Source: an uncultured Gammaproteobacteria bacterium (GTDB lineage: Bacteria > Patescibacteriota > Microgenomatia > JALYQM01). From it: a DNA stretch of 64,000 nt. Location: positions 154,054 to 218,053 of the forward strand of contig CAZHTP010000002.1 in the NCBI GenBank assembly GCA_964535655.1, given 5' to 3'. Of the stretch, positions 40,228 through 49,923 are shown piece by piece (the first letter of the stretch is position 1; each line of letters opens with the position of its first letter). The notes under the pieces were generated by a model. It was not told where the DNA came from. It saw only the letters and a program-made list of their open reading frames with translations, and did no database searches. A program made the position numbers and the translations under genes.

Positions 40228-40269
40228 GCCATTTACAATAAAGTAAGAATAACTCAAACTAATAGAAGC

Positions 40270-42528
40270 ATGTCAGAATCTTCAGAAACCCAAATTCCAG
40301 AAAAGCCGCGTCCACTTTTTGAAAAAATAGTTGCTGAAGAAATGAAAGAAGAAATAAAGCAAGGGTTCCATTTTGACCCTCGTATGGAGCGGGACATGCT
40401 TGAGCGGAATAAAGACACTCCCCCTCAAACGGTTCGTGGAATATTACTCGATACCGTAAGTAAGGAATATCAGGAGCCAAATGCCGCAAGCCTTGTTAGG
40501 AATCTTGAAACGCTCTCTGAATCCGAACAAGAGGAAGAGCATTTAAAAGTGCTAGTTGTTAAAGGTGTCTTCACGAGCTTCTATTTAGGAGAGTCGATAA
40601 TTAAAAGGCTTGCCGAGTCTAAAGGTCAAACTGAAAAGAAAATTGTAAATGAGGGTTCCTGGCGACTAGCAGGGTTATTAGTGGTTGCTCGCGCCACAGA
40701 ATGGCTTACGACACACGCCAGTAAAAAGCAAAAAGTTGACTCACCAGCCAATACGCTCTTAAAAGTGATTAGTAAAAATATTCCTATGATGTCTCGTAGA
40801 AAAGTGACCGGCGGCGATATCCATAAACCATGGGGTGAATTTTGCGAACTAGCTGATCAGAATGAACTAGTATATCCCTTACGAGTAGGAAATGCCAAAG
40901 ACAGTAGTGCGAATTTTATTGATACAGGAGATCCAGAAAATACGCTTGATCACAGAGCTGATGTTTTATCGGATCAAATTCTAGCTATTTGTAATTCATA
41001 TACCGACATGGCACAAATCTCTGCCGAAAATGGCCAGCCATTCGGATATCGAGATAACGAAAATAGAAGAATAGCATGGGATAAAGACAGGGATCTATTT
41101 ATTCCTATCGCATTAGCAAAAAGAATTAAGGGTGAAGTAAAAGCAAAAATTGTAATGGTCCGTCCTCAAGATAATGCTAACAGCACTCTTGCGCACAATA
41201 AGATAGCGTTGGAAGCCGCTTGTAGAGGAGCTATGGAAAGTGAATTAGACTGGAAAGATCCTTCAGAAATTACACGAGCTTTATTTGCAATCAATCTAGA
41301 CAAACAAGAACGACTTATGTCAAATGAAGATACTAAAGAGCTTTTAAATATTGGTTCTGAACTGCGCCCCATGGGAGTTTGGTCTCAAGGAGAAGATGAT
41401 TTAGGTAACGTACAAACTGAATACACCGCTAACCATACGGTAGCAGATGGAATGGCTACCGATCTTTTTGTGAATGGAGGTAAGACTCAAAAAAGAGTTC
41501 GTGATGGCACAGGTAAAACTATTTTGGTTACAAAAGAGTATAAAGGAATTCGAGGGTATTATAACGAGGGTAAATCCGACGAGCAGGCTTTGCATACTAA
41601 TGATGAGGCAAGATACAACACAGGGGAGATCAATGTAGAGCGCTGCTTTAATGATGGAGAGAATCCCGACGTCATAATTTCGAGAACTCACATTGATTCT
41701 GAACAAGGAAGCGATGTACTACAATCGGCGGTAATGATTGCCAACGAAATTTTTATTGATGTTGCAAAAAAAATAACTAAGGATCCTATATGGAACGACA
41801 TCCCCATTGGAGCAAACAATACCCATTCAAGTAAAGACAACCCTTTCCTAAGACTAGTTCCTGCTTCGATTTACAGAAAACATGCAGATAAATTTAACTC
41901 ATTGCCGGATAATTATGCTCAGTATAATGAAGTTTGGGCATTACTCTCCTCGCTAGTATCATACAAAGAAAATCGTTGGCTAATTGATAATTATGACACC
42001 ACAAAAAATGAAGAATCCTGGAATGACCATACTATGCCAGCCTCTCTCGAGTCTATGGCTGGTATAACCGAGTCAAATTTACCGCGGTGGATAAAGAAGA
42101 CTCTTTTTGCAATACAAAAGCATGAAAAGTTAAAAGTACTCAGATATGCATTAACCTACACTCAAACGGTCGTAAGTGACAAGGCGACTAACGGTGATGA
42201 TTTTAAACTTGCCGATAATTCTTCCCTACATAAAACGGTAAATAATGACGGCATGCCGGGTGTGGCAATTAGGCAAGAACATGATAAATTAGGCATAGTA
42301 TTCAGTCAGTCACGATCAGGAACGCTGATACCGCCTGAATATCTGGAAGCATATTCACTTTTGACTACCCGTGTTTTAGTGGATACCAGTAAATTGTTGT
42401 CAGATGTACAAGCCGAATTTAAAGCAACAGGAAAAGTTAATCTAAAAGAGCTAAACGAAAACTTGCAGAAGTTAAAAGAAAAAAATAGAGAATCGACGTT
42501 ACAGGAGGTCACTCGAGCAACGAGATAG
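40270..42528 (+). CDS. Large hypothetical protein (752 aa), no recognisable domain
   Basis: Long uninterrupted ORF. The stop lies 1 nt before the next start. Confidence 0.6.
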   Translation: MSESSETQIPEKPRPLFEKIVAEEMKEEIKQGFHFDPRMERDMLERNKDTPPQTVRGILLDTVSKEYQEPNAASLVRNLETLSESEQEEEHLKVLVVKGVFTSFYLGESIIKRLAESKGQTEKKIVNEGSWRLAGLLVVARATEWLTTHASKKQKVDSPANTLLKVISKNIPMMSRRKVTGGDIHKPWGEFCELADQNELVYPLRVGNAKDSSANFIDTGDPENTLDHRADVLSDQILAICNSYTDMAQISAENGQPFGYRDNENRRIAWDKDRDLFIPIALAKRIKGEVKAKIVMVRPQDNANSTLAHNKIALEAACRGAMESELDWKDPSEITRALFAINLDKQERLMSNEDTKELLNIGSELRPMGVWSQGEDDLGNVQTEYTANHTVADGMATDLFVNGGKTQKRVRDGTGKTILVTKEYKGIRGYYNEGKSDEQALHTNDEARYNTGEINVERCFNDGENPDVIISRTHIDSEQGSDVLQSAVMIANEIFIDVAKKITKDPIWNDIPIGANNTHSSKDNPFLRLVPASIYRKHADKFNSLPDNYAQYNEVWALLSSLVSYKENRWLIDNYDTTKNEESWNDHTMPASLESMAGITESNLPRWIKKTLFAIQKHEKLKVLRYALTYTQTVVSDKATNGDDFKLADNSSLHKTVNNDGMPGVAIRQEHDKLGIVFSQSRSGTLIPPEYLEAYSLLTTRVLVDTSKLLSDVQAEFKATGKVNLKELNENLQKLKEKNRESTLQEVTRATR

Positions 42529-42529
42529 T

Positions 42530-42877
42530 ATGAATCAATACTACGGCAACGCTATTTGGACCAATCATGCTCTTAAGCGCATAGGGCAGCGTGGCCTTTC
42601 ACAAGATATTGCCTGGCAGGCCTTTAAATATCCCGACACAACTCTTCCGGGAAAAAACCCAGGAACATCCGAGTTTCAGAAAAAATTTGGTATCTCACTT
42701 GTAACTATAATCGCCAAGCAAAACGAGAGACGGGAATGGATTATTCTGTCATGCTGGATAGATCCTCCATTGCCTGGGTCAATTGATGCAAAAAAGAGAG
42801 AAGACTGGAAAAGATATAAAAAGGCAGGATTTTGGGGAAAGTTCTGGTTAACATTAAAAAAGCAATTGGGGCTATAA
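42530..42877 (+). CDS. DUF4258-family toxin-like protein
   Basis: IWTNHALKRIGQRGLSQDIAWQAF...IILSCW matches the DUF4258 pattern (HAleRm.eRgIs...). Confidence 0.55.
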   Translation: MNQYYGNAIWTNHALKRIGQRGLSQDIAWQAFKYPDTTLPGKNPGTSEFQKKFGISLVTIIAKQNERREWIILSCWIDPPLPGSIDAKKREDWKRYKKAGFWGKFWLTLKKQLGL

Positions 42878-42949
42878 TACATTTAAACCCAGCCTTTTAA
42901 GTATCTTACCCCTTGAAACCTGCAAGAATTTGCGCAACACTGGAAGCAT

Positions 42950-45226
42950 ATGGAAAAACTCCTTGTATGGTTTAACGAAGTTGGTAAAAATGATGTATCA
43001 CTAGTAGGGGGAAAAGGTGCTAACTTAGGAGAAATGACTCAAGCCGGAATCCCAGTCCCACCGGGATTTATTGTAACCTCACAGAGCTGGTATCAGTTTA
43101 TCGATGAAACTGGTTTGCGTAATGAAATCAAATCTCACCTAAAAGGATTGGATGTAGGAGATTCAAAGAAATTACAAAAAGTTTCAGAAGAGATAAAATG
43201 GTTAATCACTTCAACAAAAACGCCTAAATACTTAGAAGATAAAATTAAAGAATATTATCGCCAGTTAAGCAATGGGACAAACATGCTGGTTGCAGTTCGG
43301 TCCTCCGCAACTGCAGAAGATCTTCCCGACGCCTCTTTTGCGGGGCAGCAAGCTACGTTCTTGAATATACACGGTGAAGAAGAAGTCGCACGAACAGTTA
43401 AAAGATGTTGGGCATCTCTCTTTGAAGCGCGTGCAATATTCTACCGAGAAGAACAAAAGTTCGACCATTTCAAAGTAGGAATAGCTGTGCCTGTACAGAA
43501 AATGGTGCAATCAGATGTTTCGGGAATTATGTTCTCAATAAATCCGGTAACCAACGATAAAGATACTATAATTATCGAAGCAATTTATGGCCTAGGCGAG
43601 TATATTGTCGGAGGTAATGTTAATCCTGATCATTACGAAATAGATAAAAACTCCTTAACAATAAAAAATAAAATTATTGTTTCTCAGACCCATAAATTAG
43701 TGAAAATGAGCAACGGGGGTAACGAAGATCAACCAGTGCCGGAAGAATGGCAGGGTGTTCAAAAATTGTGGGATGAATCCATACCTCCGCTTGCCGACAT
43801 ATCTCGAAGGCTCGAACAACACTACGGAAAACCACAAGATAGTGAATGGGCAGTAGAGAAAGGTCAGGTATTTATTGTACAGACCCGACCGATCACGACC
43901 GTAAATGCGGTTGCAAAAGTAAATGCAACTGTTGTTAATGCAGATATTCAAGCCATTTTAAATACCCCTACGATAGTCACAGGCGCTGCAGCATCTCCAG
44001 GGGTCGCTGCTGGGCCAGTTGTTGTAATTCATTCTCCTAATGATATAGATCAAGTACATGACGGGGATGTTCTTGTTACCGAAATGACTACTCCAGATTT
44101 TGTTCCTGCAATGAAGCGAGCAGCAGCAATAGTTACTGATCTGGGCGGAAGAACCTGTCACGCCGCGATTGTGTCACGCGAATTGGGTATTCCGTGCGTT
44201 GTAGGTACTAATAATGCTACACAAGCATTGAAGACAGGGCAAATGATAACAGTAAATGGCTCGGGCGGAACGGTGCATGCTGGGGGAGTTGCACATAAAA
44301 GTGATCAAAAAGCCAAGTCTGAAGCTGAAGAAAAAGAATCAGAGAGACTTAATACGCACACCAAAGTATATGTTAACTTAGCTGAACCAGAGCTTGCAAG
44401 TGAGATTGCAGCAAAACATGTAGACGGAGTAGGCCTACTGCGAGCGGAATTTATGATCGCCGGCATTGGGGTACATCCAAAGAAGCTATTAAAAGAAGGG
44501 CGAGGCCAAGAATTTACTGATAAGTTAGCCGAAGGTTTAAAACAATTTTGTGAAGCTTTCGATCCACGTCCAATAATCTATCGTGCTACTGATTTCAAAA
44601 CCAATGAGTATCGTTCTCTTGAGGGGGGCGCAGAATTCGAACCAGAAGAGCCAAACCCAATGCTTGGGTATCGAGGTTGCTTCCGGTACATAAACGATCC
44701 CGATGTATTCCGTTTGGAAGTTGAAGCAATCAAAAAAGTTCGTAACGAATATGGTTTTAAAAATCTGCATCTTATGATTCCATTTGTAAGAACCGTTGAT
44801 GAATTAATAAAAGTTAAACATATTTTGAATGAGTTTGGTCTGCGTCGATCTGCCACATTCAAATTACTTATGATGGTTGAAATTCCTTCTAACGTTTTAC
44901 TTCTTGACGAATTCTTAGATGTGGGCGTTGATGGTGTATCAATAGGTTCAAACGATTTAACGATGCTTATTTTAGGCACTGATCGGGATAATAACGAAGT
45001 TGCGGGTGAATTCGACGAGCGAAACGAAGCAGTAATGCTTGCGTTAGAACATATTGTTAAGACCTGTAAGAAGCATCATGTTCTTTGCGGAATCTGTGGT
45101 CAAGCGCCATCTGTGTACCCTGAAATTACTGAAAAACTAGTCGAATGGGGCATAACCTCAGTATCTGTCTCTCCAGACATGATCGGACATACACGAAAAA
45201 TAATCCACCAAATTGAAAGTCGCTAA
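42950..45226 (+). CDS. ppsA: Phosphoenolpyruvate synthase (pyruvate, water dikinase)
   Basis: N-terminal VSLVGGKGANLGEM, a central phospho-His domain and a C-terminal PEP-utilising TIM barrel. Confidence 0.85.
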   Translation: MEKLLVWFNEVGKNDVSLVGGKGANLGEMTQAGIPVPPGFIVTSQSWYQFIDETGLRNEIKSHLKGLDVGDSKKLQKVSEEIKWLITSTKTPKYLEDKIKEYYRQLSNGTNMLVAVRSSATAEDLPDASFAGQQATFLNIHGEEEVARTVKRCWASLFEARAIFYREEQKFDHFKVGIAVPVQKMVQSDVSGIMFSINPVTNDKDTIIIEAIYGLGEYIVGGNVNPDHYEIDKNSLTIKNKIIVSQTHKLVKMSNGGNEDQPVPEEWQGVQKLWDESIPPLADISRRLEQHYGKPQDSEWAVEKGQVFIVQTRPITTVNAVAKVNATVVNADIQAILNTPTIVTGAAASPGVAAGPVVVIHSPNDIDQVHDGDVLVTEMTTPDFVPAMKRAAAIVTDLGGRTCHAAIVSRELGIPCVVGTNNATQALKTGQMITVNGSGGTVHAGGVAHKSDQKAKSEAEEKESERLNTHTKVYVNLAEPELASEIAAKHVDGVGLLRAEFMIAGIGVHPKKLLKEGRGQEFTDKLAEGLKQFCEAFDPRPIIYRATDFKTNEYRSLEGGAEFEPEEPNPMLGYRGCFRYINDPDVFRLEVEAIKKVRNEYGFKNLHLMIPFVRTVDELIKVKHILNEFGLRRSATFKLLMMVEIPSNVLLLDEFLDVGVDGVSIGSNDLTMLILGTDRDNNEVAGEFDERNEAVMLALEHIVKTCKKHHVLCGICGQAPSVYPEITEKLVEWGITSVSVSPDMIGHTRKIIHQIESR

Positions 45227-45254
45227 AAGCTTCGATCATGTGCACGAAGCTTTT

Positions 45255-47777
45255 TTACTTATGATGAAATTTATAATAATAATGTTTTACGAACTCAGTT
45301 ACCACGATGTAAGTTACGAGGACAATTCCAATTAAAGTTAGATGAACATAAGTAGGTGAAATAAATTTAAACACATCATGCCCAAAAGGAGTAAATGGAG
45401 TAATAATGGTAGCAAGAGCTGCAAACCCCGTAAGTATGAGCACAAACCAAGAGGGACGTTTTGCTTTAAAGAAAGGGAGCCGGGTTCTCACAAGGAACAG
45501 GAATAACAGTTCAGTTAGAACGCTCGCAATAAACCAATTGGTTTGCAATAATGAAGGCTCAAATCGGCGGAACAACGCGAATACAATAAAATCAAAAACG
45601 GTACTAGTAATTCCCAATATAGTTGCAAAAAGAGCGATATCCCGGACATCATAATTTTTGGGTCTCATTATTTCAACATCATCCACCGTATCCGTGGCAA
45701 TGGAAATCATGGGGAAATCCGAAAGCAAGTTGCAAAGTAAAATCTGTATTGGCAACATTGGAAGGTAATCTAAAATGAGTGATGCTACTGCAACCGCATA
45801 AAAGTTGCCAAAATTAGATGCTAAAGTTGCTTTTACGTATTTCAATGTGTTCGCAAAAACCGATCTACCTTCACGAATTCCGTCGATAATAACAAGTAAA
45901 GAGTGTTTTAATAAGACAATATCTGCAGCTTCCCGAGCAACATCAGATGCTCCATCTACAACTAATCCTACATTCGCAATTTTAAGAGCGGGAGCATCAT
46001 TAATTCCTTCACCCAAAAACCCTACTTCATATGAGTTTTGTAATGTCTGAATAATAGTATATTTTTGCTCGGGCGTGACCCGGGCAAATACGGAACATGC
46101 CGAGATCTTTGCAAGACGCTCAACTGGTGAAAGAGCATCTACTTGCTCACCCGTTAAAACATCCTGAGGTGAGGTAACAAGGCCTACTTGGTGCGCAACA
46201 GCCCCAGCAACTTCAGGGCTATCACCAGTTACGATCTTAACTTGTACTCCAAGAGAATGGGCTTTTTTAATTGCTGATACAGCAGTTGACTTAATAGGAT
46301 CTACAAATGAAATTAGCCCTACAAGAGACAGTCCATTTTCTGCAGCGATCAGATCGGTTGGCGCTTCAGTACCGCATTCTTTATAAGCTACCGCTATCGC
46401 ACGCTTGCCATTGGTCCCCATATCCGTTACCCATGATCTCAATTCAGATTTGAGCGATTCAGAAATCCCCGATGATATAGTAATGATATCGTCGGCCGCT
46501 CCACGCGCAATTAGGTAATAGCGAGCATCTTTTTTAACAAGCATTAAGTTGCGTCGGCGATTTGGGTCAAAGGGGACTTCATCAACGCGCGCGTAAGTTC
46601 GCAGAACTTCTCGTTCACTGGCATCGATCGCATTATGAATAGAGAGGTCAAAGGCATTGTTAGGCAGGCCAAGATTTTCATCGAGAAATGGTGCTGCCAA
46701 GCTTGCATAATGTAAAACGTTTTGTTCAGAAACTGATTTAATGTCCGCTACTTCAAGCTTGTTTTGCGTAATCGTACCTGTTTTATCAGTACATAAAATT
46801 TCAATACTTCCAAGATCTTCAATTGCGGACAGTCTTTTTACAACAACTTTATTTCTTGCAAGCGAAACAGCTCCTCGAGCAAGAGAAAATGTCATCACTA
46901 CAGGGAGCGCTTCCGGAATAACGCTAACAGCAAGGGCTATCGAAAATATAAGTAATTCAGTAAAGTTTGCTGAGCTCCCCTTTATAAACAAATTGGCCAA
47001 AAATACGAAAATAAGAGTAACAACGACCAAATTAAGAATAAATCTGCTGAGCTTATTAATATTTTTGTCGAAGGTGCTTTGATGCTTGGTTTGAGTTGCG
47101 AGATGAGTAATATCTCCAAGATTAGTCTCAACGCCGGTAAAAAGTACTATAGCCGTGCCCTTCCCACTTACAATTGTGGTTCCTGACAAAACGATATTGG
47201 ATGCTTTATAAACCTCGGCAGTTTGCCTTGCCAAAGCATCGGCGGTTTTTACGACAGGAACAGATTCTCCGGTAAGAATAGATTCATCAACGGTGAGGCC
47301 TTTTTCGATTACAACGCGTACATCCGCAGGCACAATATCCCCAGTTTCCAAAATAATACAATCCCCCGGTACTAACTCCGCGCTATCAATAATCGTCTCT
47401 TTACCATCACGAATAACTCGAGCTCGTCGTACAATGAATTTTTTGAGCAGTTGCAACGATTGCGCGGAATGATATTCCTGATAAAACCCTAGAACGGTAT
47501 TAATCGTAATAAAAAGTATAATTAATGTTGCATCTACTCGCTCTCCAAGCAAAAAAGCCAGTATTGCTGAGAAGAAAAGGAGATAAATAAAAGGAGACAA
47601 TAATTGACGAAATAACAGTTCTCGAATACTCGTATCTTTTCCTTTTATCTCATTTCGCCCAAACTTTGCGGCGCGTAAAGAAGCCTCATAAAAAGAAAGT
47701 CCATTCAAGGCAGAGGTAGTAAACTCGCGAAATATCTCTTCAACAGATTTTGATGTATATGGCGCAAATGATGACAT
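45255..47777 (-). CDS. P-type cation-transporting ATPase (Mg2+/Ca2+-type, P2/P3)
   Basis: CTDKTGTITQN (DKTGT phosphorylation motif), TGDSPEVA and GEGINDAPAL. The ORF extends to 47843, but the start is more likely at M 47777/47792. Confidence 0.85.
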   Translation of the reverse strand: MSSFAPYTSKSVEEIFREFTTSALNGLSFYEASLRAAKFGRNEIKGKDTSIRELLFRQLLSPFIYLLFFSAILAFLLGERVDATLIILFITINTVLGFYQEYHSAQSLQLLKKFIVRRARVIRDGKETIIDSAELVPGDCIILETGDIVPADVRVVIEKGLTVDESILTGESVPVVKTADALARQTAEVYKASNIVLSGTTIVSGKGTAIVLFTGVETNLGDITHLATQTKHQSTFDKNINKLSRFILNLVVVTLIFVFLANLFIKGSSANFTELLIFSIALAVSVIPEALPVVMTFSLARGAVSLARNKVVVKRLSAIEDLGSIEILCTDKTGTITQNKLEVADIKSVSEQNVLHYASLAAPFLDENLGLPNNAFDLSIHNAIDASEREVLRTYARVDEVPFDPNRRRNLMLVKKDARYYLIARGAADDIITISSGISESLKSELRSWVTDMGTNGKRAIAVAYKECGTEAPTDLIAAENGLSLVGLISFVDPIKSTAVSAIKKAHSLGVQVKIVTGDSPEVAGAVAHQVGLVTSPQDVLTGEQVDALSPVERLAKISACSVFARVTPEQKYTIIQTLQNSYEVGFLGEGINDAPALKIANVGLVVDGASDVAREAADIVLLKHSLLVIIDGIREGRSVFANTLKYVKATLASNFGNFYAVAVASLILDYLPMLPIQILLCNLLSDFPMISIATDTVDDVEIMRPKNYDVRDIALFATILGITSTVFDFIVFALFRRFEPSLLQTNWFIASVLTELLFLFLVRTRLPFFKAKRPSWFVLILTGFAALATIITPFTPFGHDVFKFISPTYVHLTLIGIVLVTYIVVTEFVKHYYYKFHHK

Positions 47778-48198
47778 AGCTACATAATACATCAAATTTT
47801 TGCTAATTAACCAGAACGTGTAATTGGAACACTTTACACCCATTTCGTCTTGCCGGATGAATTTCTATAGTTACAGTACCACCTTCTAATGATGTTGCAC
47901 TTATTTGAGGACCAGAATGAGGTACTTGGCTCAGTCTGCCAAACTTAAGCCTGCCTAACAAATCAGATTGCACTTCTTGAGGTATCACTTACTCTCATTG
48001 TAACTGGAACACATTTTAAGCCGAAACTCTTAGACTATAAAAAAAATTGGAGAAAAAAAGAGTTCAGGCTCAAAGATGTGCCCATCGGGTTAAAAAACGC
48101 GAACACCTTTGCTAACTCTATCGTGAAGCTATCAACTGTAATTAAGTCAACAAAAAGCGCTATTGCCAGCTATCCAAATTTAGAGTATCAAAGAGGAA

Positions 48199-49923
48199 AT
48201 GAAGATTAGGCACTTAAAGGTTCAAAACTTCCGAGGTATTAAAAGCCTTGACTGGAATATAACTAACGATTTAGTCTGTTTGCTTGGCGCAGGTGATAGT
48301 ACTAAATCAACAATATTGCTTTCAATAGAGTATGCGTTATACCCTTCGTATGGTCTATATTTATGTGATACTGATTTCTATAACCAAGATCTTAATAATC
48401 CTATTATCATAGAAGTAACACTTAGCGATATCCCTGACACTTTTTTAAATGAAAACAAATATGGACTTAGGCTGCGAGGATGGAATGCTGTTGATGGTAT
48501 TCATGACGAACCATTTACAGGTGACGAACAAGCACTAACTATACAGCTTTCAGTTGATGATACCTTAGAGCCGCACTGGGTTGTAATTACTCAAAGACAT
48601 CAGGAAGGACAACCTATATCTCATATGGATCGAGACAGATTAGGAGTGTCGCCCATAGGGGCATTTTTAGAAAAAGATCTATCTTGGGCGAAAGGATCTC
48701 CATTATTTAGATTAACAGGGAGTTTAAATGAAGCAAACCAAATTATGCTAAACGCAAGACGTAATATGCGTCAAAGTATAGTTAGTGATGAGAGTACAAA
48801 GGTATGGATAGACCAGTGCACGCAGTTAGCCAAGAATGCTGAGAACATAGGGGTAAAAAGTAAAAATGTTTTGTTACCAGCCATGGATTTGAAATCAAAT
48901 TCAAGCCACAACTCATATTTGTCATTGTATGATGGAGATATTCCCACTAGGCAGTATGGATTAGGTAGTAAACGATTATTGACTATGTCAATCCAACAGC
49001 AAAGTGTGGCTAACGGTGCGGTGATTCTTGTGGACGAAATAGAACATGGTCTCGAGCCTCATAGACTAAGGCATCTTGTACGGTATTTTAGACAAGCTTT
49101 ATCCATTGAAGACACTATACGTATCGGTCAAGTAATTTTTACAACACATTCAAGTATCAGTATTGAGGAATGCAAAGCAGACGAGCTTAACTGTGTGCTG
49201 AGTAGAAATGGAACAATTGAAGTAGTATCAGTTGACGTAACCCTGCAAGGCCTAGCGCGAAGCTGTCCTGAAGCATTCCTTGGGAAAAAGATAATCGTAG
49301 GAGAAGGAAAAACTGAATTTGGAGTATGTAGAGGATTAAACCAGGAATGGGATTCATGTTTTGGCCTATTAGGAGTAGTACCTGTAAATGGCGTCGGATA
49401 TACGAACGCACCTAAGATAGCAATCCAACTCAAAAAGCTTGGATACGACGTAGCCTTGATGATTGATAGCGATCAATTAATGAGCCAAGAGCATCGAAAT
49501 GAAATCGGGCAACTTGGAGTATGCCTACTAGAATGGGACGGTGGAACTAGCATAGAAGAAAGATTTTTCTTTGACATGCCATGGCCAACTCTTAAAGAAG
49601 AACTACAGGCATTAATAAGCTATTACTCGAATAATCCGTCTCATATCTTTGAACCTATCATACAAAAATTAGGAGTTAAAGCTTCACTCACAGATTGGGG
49701 AGAAGATATTGATAGCTGGTTGTCCAAAGGGATAACAGAAGTACAGTTGAGAACTGCTGCAGGGAAGGCTGCACATAGTTCAGCATGGTACAAGGATCGA
49801 GTAGGAATAGATTTAAGTCAACCCTTAGGCCAGAGAATCGCTAACGCACTAGAGAATATGAAGGGGACAAATACGTATGTTAATCTTAAAAAGCTAAAAC
49901 AATGGATACACGATGGATTATGA
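48199..49923 (+). CDS. gajA: OLD-family ABC ATPase plus TOPRIM nuclease, Gabija GajA-like
   Basis: MKIRHLKVQNFRGIKSL (OLD/AAA_15 N-terminus), a degenerate P-loop LLGAGDSTKST, an ABC signature region, and C-terminal TOPRIM VGEGKTE plus MIDSDQ (DxD). Confidence 0.65.
   Translation: MKIRHLKVQNFRGIKSLDWNITNDLVCLLGAGDSTKSTILLSIEYALYPSYGLYLCDTDFYNQDLNNPIIIEVTLSDIPDTFLNENKYGLRLRGWNAVDGIHDEPFTGDEQALTIQLSVDDTLEPHWVVITQRHQEGQPISHMDRDRLGVSPIGAFLEKDLSWAKGSPLFRLTGSLNEANQIMLNARRNMRQSIVSDESTKVWIDQCTQLAKNAENIGVKSKNVLLPAMDLKSNSSHNSYLSLYDGDIPTRQYGLGSKRLLTMSIQQQSVANGAVILVDEIEHGLEPHRLRHLVRYFRQALSIEDTIRIGQVIFTTHSSISIEECKADELNCVLSRNGTIEVVSVDVTLQGLARSCPEAFLGKKIIVGEGKTEFGVCRGLNQEWDSCFGLLGVVPVNGVGYTNAPKIAIQLKKLGYDVALMIDSDQLMSQEHRNEIGQLGVCLLEWDGGTSIEERFFFDMPWPTLKEELQALISYYSNNPSHIFEPIIQKLGVKASLTDWGEDIDSWLSKGITEVQLRTAAGKAAHSSAWYKDRVGIDLSQPLGQRIANALENMKGTNTYVNLKKLKQWIHDGL

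Noticed and set aside
47803-47988. 61-aa minus ORF upstream of the P-type ATPase
   Set aside because: It lies in the probable 5' leader, has no RBS, and is more likely non-coding.
48000-48198. Search for a duplicated tRNA-Arg 3' segment (att half-site) left of Gabija or of the polymerase gene
   Set aside because: Only a 7-mer (cgaacac) is shared. No convincing direct repeat, so the element's left boundary is left undefined.
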